Shown here one piece after another: positions 7,334 to 13,220 of a stretch of 19,561 nt of DNA. A program made the position numbers and the translations under genes. The notes beneath the pieces are model-generated. The model made no database searches. It was not told where the DNA came from and saw nothing but the letters and a program-made list of their open reading frames with translations. Source of the stretch: Candidatus Methylomirabilota bacterium (GTDB taxonomy: Bacteria; Methylomirabilota; Methylomirabilia; Rokubacteriales; CSP1-6); NCBI GenBank assembly GCA_036002345.1, contig DASYTM010000060.1:1-19561 (forward strand), written 5' to 3'. The stretch's first letter is position 1, and the number at the start of each line of letters is the position of its first letter.

Positions 7334-8191
7334 TCAGTCGAGCCCCGCGCGCGCGATGAGCCGCGCGTGCTCACGCCGGATGCTGGCCTCGATGGCGGCC
7401 ACCTGGTCCTCGTAGGGCGTCTCGGCGATGAGCCGGCCCGGCGCGAGCTCCGCGCCCGCGAAGAGGGTGGGATGGAGCCGCGCGACGGCGTCGAAGAGTC
7501 CCACGAACTCCCGGATGTAGACGCTGAAGATCTCGCCCATCGCCCGCTCCGCGTCGCGACAGAGGGTCGCGACCTTTGCGCGCCGGCCGGGATCCTCGGC
7601 GAGGAGGCGGCGCACCAGGTCGGCGCCGAAGGCCACGTGGCGCGTCTCGTCGGTGAACGCGGCCCGGACGAGCCGCGCCAGGTAGGGATCGAGCGGCGCC
7701 CAGTACCGCTCTTCGTACGCGTAGAGGGGATGGGCCATGCCTTCCAGCACGAGATTCATCAGGACCATGCCCTCGATGAACGAGCCTCCGTCAGCCACCT
7801 CGTAGCAGCGGTCGATGAAGCTCCGGAGCGGAGGGATCAGGATCGGGGCCGTCGCGGCGGCGTCGTCGAGGCCGGCGGCGGCGCTGGCCGCGATGAGCCG
7901 CCGGCGGAACATCTCGTGATGCCGCGCCTCGTCCAGTGTCTGCTGGGCCGCGAAGTTCAGCGCCTCGAGCGTGGGCGCCAGGCGCGTGAGCGCGGCCGAG
8001 ACCCGCAGCGACGCGTCCTCGAAGACGACGAAGAGGGCGAGGTCGAGGCGGTGCACCTCGGCCAGCGGCGCCGAGGTCGCCACCACATCCGGCAGACCGT
8101 CTCCGAGACGGTCCAGATCCCGGCGCTCACGTGTCCACTGCCCCGCCGCGACGGTGTCAACCCAGCGTGAGATCGAAAAGTCGATCGGCAT
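7334..8191 (-). CDS. Ferritin-like di-iron carboxylate protein (four-helix-bundle oxygenase/oxidase type), 285 aa
   Basis: Ligand pattern E / ExxH / E / ExxH: FVVFEDASL, LDEARHHEMF, LVLEGMAHPLY, FTDETRHVAFG. A strong SD precedes the start (GGAGGGAGAG then ATG 8191). The upstream ATG 8206 in the track lies inside that SD. Confidence 0.8.
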   Translation of the reverse strand: MPIDFSISRWVDTVAAGQWTRERRDLDRLGDGLPDVVATSAPLAEVHRLDLALFVVFEDASLRVSAALTRLAPTLEALNFAAQQTLDEARHHEMFRRRLIAASAAAGLDDAAATAPILIPPLRSFIDRCYEVADGGSFIEGMVLMNLVLEGMAHPLYAYEERYWAPLDPYLARLVRAAFTDETRHVAFGADLVRRLLAEDPGRRAKVATLCRDAERAMGEIFSVYIREFVGLFDAVARLHPTLFAGAELAPGRLIAETPYEDQVAAIEASIRREHARLIARAGLD

Positions 8192-10628
8192 GATCTCTCC
8201 CTCCATGTCGGGACGGGACGGGAGCGCCGCGCGAGTCCGTGGGCGCGGGCGGCGCGAGGCGAAAGCCGTGCCGAGTGGCGAGCGCCATGAGGCGATCGAC
8301 GTCCCCGACGGGCACGTTGTCGCCGACGCCCCAGTCGCGCGGGTCGTGTTCGAGCGTCAGGAGGATCGTCTCCGCCAGGCAGGCGAGCTGCACGCCGTCG
8401 GGCAGGTGGCGGAGGTTGGACGGCCCGAAGCGGACGCGAGGGTCCGGCAGGGCGACGTGGCCGCCGTCGATGACCGTGAGGTCGGGCCGCCCCCGAAGAC
8501 GCGCCGAGGCGTCGGGGGGCTGGGCGACGTCGCAGACGAGCGTTCCCGGCGTGAGCGGCGCGTCGTCGAGGACGGCGCGCGCGGCGGCCGTGGCCGTGAT
8601 GACGACGTCGCAGTCCGCGAGCGCGGAGAGGCCGGTCGTGACGGCGACGCGGTTGCCGTCCCGCGCGAGCTCGCGGCGCAGGTGCTCGAGCCCGGCCACT
8701 CCCGTGGCAGGATTGCCGACGAGCACGAGCCCGCGCGGCCGCTCGCGCGCGATCAAGCGCGCGCAGAGGGCGCCGACCGAGCCCCGCGCGCCCACGATCG
8801 CCACGCGCGCGTCGCCGAGGGCCAGGCACAGCGCGCGGCCCGTCCGGATCGTCGCGGCGACGGCCATGCCGGCCGTGAGGGTATTGCCGGTCGTGATGGC
8901 CGGGCCTCGGCCCACGACAGCAAGGCCGCGGCGGCTGTAGGGCGCGGTGTAGCCGCCGAGGCCGACGCGGCGTACGCCGAGACGCGCGGCGAGATCGACG
9001 GCGTGCGCGATCTCTTCGCTCATGCGCCGCAGGCCCCGCCGCGCCATCTGCTCGGGGAGGAGCGGCAGCGCGATCACGATGCCGTCCGCGACGGCGCCCG
9101 TCCGCGAGCGGATGGTCGGGGCGGCCATCACCACGCCGGCGGGCAGCGCGGACGTGAAGGCGCACAAGCGCCGTCGCTCCACGGCGGTCAGGGTGGCCAG
9201 GCCGGGATCGGCGGCCGCCACGTCGTCGGGCTCGGTGAGGTGCACGAGGAACGCGTACGCGGGCCGCGGCTCGTTCGCGCTTCGCGCGGGCGGCAGCCCG
9301 GCCGGGCGCGACGCGTCGTCGGGGGCGACGGAGGGGCCCTCGTCGAGGGCGCCGATGCCGCGCACGATCGTCTCGACCGCGTTGGCTTCGAGACGCCGGC
9401 AGACGTCGCCGAGGCGCGCCACGGCGAGATCGAGCTCGTCGTCGGAGACCACGAGCGGCGGCGTCACGCGGAGGACGTGCGCGTCGCCCAGCGCGGGCAG
9501 GACGAGCACCGAGGCAGTCTCCGCCAGCGTCGCGGCGACGGCATAGGCGTGGAGTCCCTGGTGATCGAGGAACGAGAGCACGCCCCCGGCGCCTCGATCG
9601 GGGCCGCGGAGCTCGATGGCGGTCAGCAGGCCCACCCCGCGCACGGCGGCGATGGTGTCGGGGTAGCGCCGGGCGAGGTCGGCGAGGCCGGCCTGCAGGC
9701 GCGCGCCCTTTCGCGCGGCGGCCTCGGCGAGGCCGCCGGCCGTGAGCGCCTCGAGGACGGCGAGTCCCACGCGGCAGGCGACGTTGTTGTTGGCGAACGT
9801 CGAGGAGTGGCGCAGCGCGAAGGTGTCGTCCCACACGGCGGCGGAGGCGAGGCAGGCGCCGAGCGGAAAGAGCCCGCCACCGAGGGCCTTGGCCACCAGA
9901 AGCACGTCGGGCGCGACGCCCTCGTGCTCGCAGGCGAAGAGTCGCCCCGTTCGCCCGAGGCCCGTCTGGATCTCGTCGACGACGAGCGGGACGCCGTAGC
10001 GCGAGCACAGCTCGCGCGCGCGCCGTAGATAGCCGGCCGGCGGCAGGTGGACGCCCCGCTCGCCCTGCACGGGCTCCACGAAGAATGCGGCGATGCGATC
10101 ACCGTCCCGGGCAAGGCGGCCGGCCAGCGCCGCGGCATCGCCGAACGGGACGCGCTCGAAGCCGCCGGGCAGCGGGCCGAAGCCGGCCGCGTGATGGGGC
10201 TGTCCGGTGGCGGCGAGTGCGCCGAGGGTCTTGCCATGGAAGGAGCCATCGGCGGAGAGGATGATGGGACGGCCCGTGCGCGCGCGCACGAGCTTGATGG
10301 CGGCTTCGATCGCCTCCGCGCCCGACGTGGTGAACACGCAGTGCGTGAGCCGGCCCGGGGCCACTCGGGCGAGCGCGTCCGCCAGCGCCTCGGCGTGGGG
10401 GGCGCGATAGGGCTGCACCATGGCCGGCTCGCCGGCCGCGAGGGCCGCCTGGGCCGCGCGGGTCACGCACGGCGCGTTGTGGCCGAGGGCGACGGCGCCG
10501 TACTGCGCGTAGCAGTCGAGGAAGCGCCGCCCGTGCGCATCGGTCAGCCAGACGCCGTCGCCGTGGACCCACGTGCGGTTCATGCCGAGGAGCCCGAGGA
10601 GCCGGCCGAGCGTCGGATTGAGGGTCAT
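8157..10628 (-). CDS. Bifunctional fusion of a class-III PLP aminotransferase (aa 1 to about 425) and a long-chain acyl-ACP reductase (AAR)-like NAD(P)H domain (aa about 457-790), 823 aa
   Basis: N-terminal half: FTTSGAEAIEAAIKLVR, FFVEPVQGERG, VVDEIQTGLGRTG, and a PLP lysine in LLVAKALGGG. C-terminal half aligns block by block with cyanobacterial AAR as I remember it. The blocks (this protein / AAR) are YAFLVHLTEP / FGLIGHLTS, GLGGYTAP / ALGGFTSI, ITTGNTLTAG / FTTGNTHTAY, VAIVGARGSVGALCARL / VAVVGATGDIGSAVCRWL, LACLAETILLTLEH / MFACFAEAMLLEFEG (catalytic Cys retained), and ALATRHGF / ASVRHGF. ATG 10628-10626 overlaps the upstream TGA as ATGA. Confidence 0.85.
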   Translation of the reverse strand: MTLNPTLGRLLGLLGMNRTWVHGDGVWLTDAHGRRFLDCYAQYGAVALGHNAPCVTRAAQAALAAGEPAMVQPYRAPHAEALADALARVAPGRLTHCVFTTSGAEAIEAAIKLVRARTGRPIILSADGSFHGKTLGALAATGQPHHAAGFGPLPGGFERVPFGDAAALAGRLARDGDRIAAFFVEPVQGERGVHLPPAGYLRRARELCSRYGVPLVVDEIQTGLGRTGRLFACEHEGVAPDVLLVAKALGGGLFPLGACLASAAVWDDTFALRHSSTFANNNVACRVGLAVLEALTAGGLAEAAARKGARLQAGLADLARRYPDTIAAVRGVGLLTAIELRGPDRGAGGVLSFLDHQGLHAYAVAATLAETASVLVLPALGDAHVLRVTPPLVVSDDELDLAVARLGDVCRRLEANAVETIVRGIGALDEGPSVAPDDASRPAGLPPARSANEPRPAYAFLVHLTEPDDVAAADPGLATLTAVERRRLCAFTSALPAGVVMAAPTIRSRTGAVADGIVIALPLLPEQMARRGLRRMSEEIAHAVDLAARLGVRRVGLGGYTAPYSRRGLAVVGRGPAITTGNTLTAGMAVAATIRTGRALCLALGDARVAIVGARGSVGALCARLIARERPRGLVLVGNPATGVAGLEHLRRELARDGNRVAVTTGLSALADCDVVITATAAARAVLDDAPLTPGTLVCDVAQPPDASARLRGRPDLTVIDGGHVALPDPRVRFGPSNLRHLPDGVQLACLAETILLTLEHDPRDWGVGDNVPVGDVDRLMALATRHGFRLAPPAPTDSRGAPVPSRHGGRDHADRLFDLTLG

Positions 10629-11374
10629 GCGTGACAGGCCTCGTGGATCCTCACGAACATGTCGCGAATCTCGCCGCTGTTCGCGGCGAGGCGGTCGGGC
10701 GTCCAGCCCCGCGTCGAAATCGCCGGCTGCACGTGGACGCGGACGGTGCCGGGCAGGGCGTTGAAGCCCCGGCCGGGATCGATGTCGCGCGGAATCTCGA
10801 TGTAGAGGGGGACGATGGGCGCGCCGAGGCTTGCGGCGAGCTGAAAGTTGTCCGCGTTGAACGGCCCGAGCCGTCCCGTGGTCACGCGCTCGCCCTCGGG
10901 GCTCAGATAGATGGAATCTCCGGTCCGCCGGAGCAGGCCCTCGGTCGCGCCGAACCACCGCGCACGCTCCGCCGGCTTCGAGGGTGGCGGCGCCCAGCGC
11001 GTTCCCATCAGCGTCGTGAAGATGCCGAGGGGCGCCATCCACCGGAGGAATCCGTCGAGATCCTGGGCGCCGACGAAGCGCGTCCTGGGCAGGCCGAGGG
11101 CGACGAGGACGAACATGTCCAGCGTCGAGCTGTGATTGGAGACGTAGACCGTCTGCGTCTCGGCGAAGGGCTCCGTCTGGTACACCTCGAGCCGCACGCC
11201 CCACATCCGGAGCACCGCGCGGCTGAGCCGCCCGGCGATGACCTCGCTGTAGAGCCGCCGCGCGGTGAACGACGTCACGACCGCGACGGCGAGCAGGAGG
11301 ACCGCGGAGATGGTCAGGAGCGCCAGCGTGGCCGCGGCCAGGAGCACCGCGCGGATGGCCCGTCCGTTCTTCAT
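10625..11374 (-). CDS. PlsC/LPLAT-family acyltransferase (1-acyl-sn-glycerol-3-phosphate acyltransferase-like), 249 aa
   Basis: N-terminal TM anchor. Acyltransferase motif I is NHSSTLD (HX4D), motif III is YLSPEGERVTTG (PEGTR-like), and motif IV-like is APIVPLYI. No SD precedes ATG 11374. GTG 11347 is an alternative start. Confidence 0.85.
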   Translation of the reverse strand: MKNGRAIRAVLLAAATLALLTISAVLLLAVAVVTSFTARRLYSEVIAGRLSRAVLRMWGVRLEVYQTEPFAETQTVYVSNHSSTLDMFVLVALGLPRTRFVGAQDLDGFLRWMAPLGIFTTLMGTRWAPPPSKPAERARWFGATEGLLRRTGDSIYLSPEGERVTTGRLGPFNADNFQLAASLGAPIVPLYIEIPRDIDPGRGFNALPGTVRVHVQPAISTRGWTPDRLAANSGEIRDMFVRIHEACHA

Positions 11375-11388
11375 GGCGTTCGCGTAAT

Positions 11389-11404
11389 GGCAGGAGGCGT
11401 GCCA
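11389..11404 (-). promoter_or_regulatory. Candidate sigma-54 (-24/-12) promoter for the acyltransferase operon
   Basis: The minus strand reads TGGCACGCCTCCTGCC, with GG-N10-GC spacing matching the consensus TGGCACG-N4-TTGCW. It is the only intergenic TGGCAC with correct spacing that I found. It lies next to a divergent sigma-54 activator gene. Caveat: the predicted TSS is only about 4-6 nt from ATG 11374. Confidence 0.45.
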
Positions 11405-11458
11405 GAGGCGGGAGTGACGCCGTGACGGCTACTTGCGACCGGCGGCGCGGCGGGCCTC

Positions 11459-11496
11459 GCCCCTGGCTGAGCATCGGATGCCAGGGGCCGTACGTT
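11459..11496. promoter_or_regulatory. Conserved palindromic box, copy A (putative activator/operator site or RNA hairpin)
   Basis: The plus strand reads gCCCCTGGCTGAGCATCGGATGCCAGGGGCcgtacgtt. It forms a perfect 9-bp stem GCCCCTGGC / GCCAGGGGC (11459-11467 / 11480-11488) around a 12-nt loop. Positions 11461-11496 match 13185-13220 at 28 of 36 positions by my hand alignment. Confidence 0.55.
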
Positions 11497-13077
11497 TTAT
11501 GCCGTGACGAGGGCCTCGCTGAATCTGCGATACGCCTCGAGCGGGTCGCCGAACTTCTGATGCCCGGCCGTGTGGTGCGCGCACGCCAGCAAGAGCGTGT
11601 CGCGGTCGTGGGCGGTGCTCGTGGCCCAGTCCTCGACGAGGCCGAGGCCGATCTCCTGGTTGTGCGGATCGTTGCCTTCCTTGACGGCGGCCAGCGCCAG
11701 CGTCGCGGCGAGCGGCGCGCGATCGTGGCCCGCCTCGAGGTAGGCGCGGACCCACGCCACGCTCTCGTTCGGCGTGAGCGCCGTCTGCGCTTCGTCGAGC
11801 CGCTCCAGCAGCGCGCCCTGCGTCAGCCCGCGCGCCGTCGCGGGCGGCCGCGTGTCGGCCTCGCCGTTGCCGGGCGTGTGGCGCGTCCAGTGCGCAGTCT
11901 GGTTGATGAACGAGCCGGCCACGTAGAGCAGCTTGAGCCGGTGCGGGTGTGTGAACGTGTCGTAGAACCACTTCAGCGTGTTCGTGTACTCGAAACCGTG
12001 GTGGGGCATGGAGAAGTTCGCCGGGCTGCCGACCTCCAGCATCACCCGCGCCGCCGCGACCTGGATCACGTCGAGGATCCGGCGCGGATCCTTGCCGGCG
12101 AGCAGCAGCGCGGTGATCTCGTGGATGTAGGCGGGCTCGGGCTCGTCGAGGACCGCCCGCGTGAGACGGTCGGCTTCCGCCGGCATCAGCGGCGCCGAGT
12201 TGGCGAGCAGGCGCTGCTCCACGAGCCTCGACGGCGAGGGCTCCATCGACGACTTCGGCTTGGCGTCGTCCTCCGCGAGGTGCATCCAGCTCACCTGGCA
12301 GGCCATCTCGTACGCGGAGTGCCAGCGCGGGCCCACCGCCATGTCGAGGGCGCCCGCGTAGAGCACGTGGTGGGCGTCGCGCCAGCCCAGCGCGTCTCCG
12401 ATCTCGATCGTCGCGCGCGCGCGGTGCGCCTTGTGCCCGGTGGTGTAGGAGCGGTTGTAGAGCATGCGGTCCTGCACGTCGATGAGGCCCGCGAAGGCGA
12501 GATGCGACAGGAGCTCACGCCGGCGGTCGGGCTCCTGGAACATCCCGAGGAACACGCGGTAGGCCTCGAGCACCTGACCGCGCTGGACCAGCGTCAGCCA
12601 GTGGTCGAGACGCTCCTCGAACGGACCCTCGAGCGTGACCGGCTCCTGGTCCGGCCAGTGCCGCTCGGGAGGCGCGATCGGCTTGTTCGGATCGCGCTTC
12701 TGACCACGCCCGCCGTAGTGGCCGGGCATCTTGCCGAGGAGCTGGTTCCACGGGTCGAGCCCCGTGGGCACGTACCAGATGGTCTGCGCGAGGGCCAGGT
12801 ACTCGAGGGCCGGCGGCAGGAGCTTGGGGAAGCGCAGGCTCGTCCGCGCGCTGAGCAGGCAGTGGTCGTTGTTGACGAAGCGCACGAAGGCGTTGTCGAT
12901 CCGCTGGTGATACGGCACGTGCGTGTACGGCGCGTGCACGCGGACCGTCTCGCGCACGATCTCCGCCCGCGGGCGCCCGGCGCGCACGAGATCGTAATAG
13001 ACGGTGCTCGCTCCGATCTGATCACGCGCGAGGATCCGCTCTTCGAGCTTGCCGTAGAGGCCGCCTGCCTGGTCCAT
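11497..13077 (-). CDS. Conserved-looking hypothetical protein, 526 aa, soluble, family not recognised
   Basis: Long ORF with balanced, non-shadow composition (W, Y, H, K, N, F present). Good SD (GGAGCGGAAGC then ATG 13077) and a TAA stop. The complementary 590-aa plus-strand ORF is Arg/Gly/Val-rich shadow. Confidence 0.7.
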   Translation of the reverse strand: MDQAGGLYGKLEERILARDQIGASTVYYDLVRAGRPRAEIVRETVRVHAPYTHVPYHQRIDNAFVRFVNNDHCLLSARTSLRFPKLLPPALEYLALAQTIWYVPTGLDPWNQLLGKMPGHYGGRGQKRDPNKPIAPPERHWPDQEPVTLEGPFEERLDHWLTLVQRGQVLEAYRVFLGMFQEPDRRRELLSHLAFAGLIDVQDRMLYNRSYTTGHKAHRARATIEIGDALGWRDAHHVLYAGALDMAVGPRWHSAYEMACQVSWMHLAEDDAKPKSSMEPSPSRLVEQRLLANSAPLMPAEADRLTRAVLDEPEPAYIHEITALLLAGKDPRRILDVIQVAAARVMLEVGSPANFSMPHHGFEYTNTLKWFYDTFTHPHRLKLLYVAGSFINQTAHWTRHTPGNGEADTRPPATARGLTQGALLERLDEAQTALTPNESVAWVRAYLEAGHDRAPLAATLALAAVKEGNDPHNQEIGLGLVEDWATSTAHDRDTLLLACAHHTAGHQKFGDPLEAYRRFSEALVTA

Positions 13078-13184
13078 GCTTCCGCTCCGGCCGTGACGAA
13101 CATTCGCCGATACCGCGTCTCGCCGCGCCGAATGATCTCACATTCGGGGCCCGCGGGCGCGAGGCGGGGGAGGGGCCGCCCCGA

Positions 13185-13220
13185 CCCCGGTTGAGCATTC
13201 AATGCCAGGGGGTGTACATT
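13185..13220. promoter_or_regulatory. Conserved palindromic box, copy B, overlapping a possible sigma-70-type promoter of the activator gene
   Basis: The plus strand reads CCCCGGTTGAGCATTCAATGCCAGGGGGTGTACATT. It shares 28/36 positions with copy A and has the same CCCC(T)GG ... CC(A)GGGG arms with a one-base bulge. Read on the plus strand it gives TTGAGC-N18-TACATT, ending 10 nt before ATG 13231. Confidence 0.5.

Noticed and set aside
7957-10028. Two ~685-aa ORFs (7957-10008 minus, 7971-10028 plus) covering the fusion gene
   Set aside because: Both are extremely Arg/Gly/Ala/Pro-rich with no recognisable motifs. They are alternative-frame and antisense shadows of the aminotransferase::AAR gene.
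7334-10628. Interpreting the AAR-like domain plus the adjacent ferritin-like protein as a classical cyanobacterial AAR/ADO alkane pathway
   Set aside because: The reductase domain is covalently fused to a transaminase. The operon is also loaded with flavoenzymes, a tRNA-dependent transferase-like protein and exporters, none of which an alkane pathway needs. I keep it only as a minor alternative, since sequence alone cannot exclude deformylase activity.
8157-11474. 1105-aa minus-strand ORF taken as a single gene
   Set aside because: The first ~280 aa are Arg/Pro/Gly-rich and overlap the well-supported PlsC-type gene (10625-11374) out of frame. The aminotransferase N-terminus (MTLNPTLGRLLG...) begins at the ATGA junction at 10628.
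11461-11496. Reading the conserved box (minus strand CTGGCATCCGATGCT / CTGGCATTGAATGCT) itself as a sigma-54 -24/-12 promoter
   Set aside because: The GG and GC dinucleotides are separated by 8 nt in both copies, not the 10 nt that sigma-54 requires. The resemblance to TGGCAC-N5-TTGC is therefore superficial.
11422-13194. 590-aa plus-strand ORF antisense to the 526-aa gene
   Set aside because: Its composition (Arg/Val/Gly/Glu runs, no motifs) marks it as antisense shadow. The minus-strand frame has a good SD and protein-like composition.
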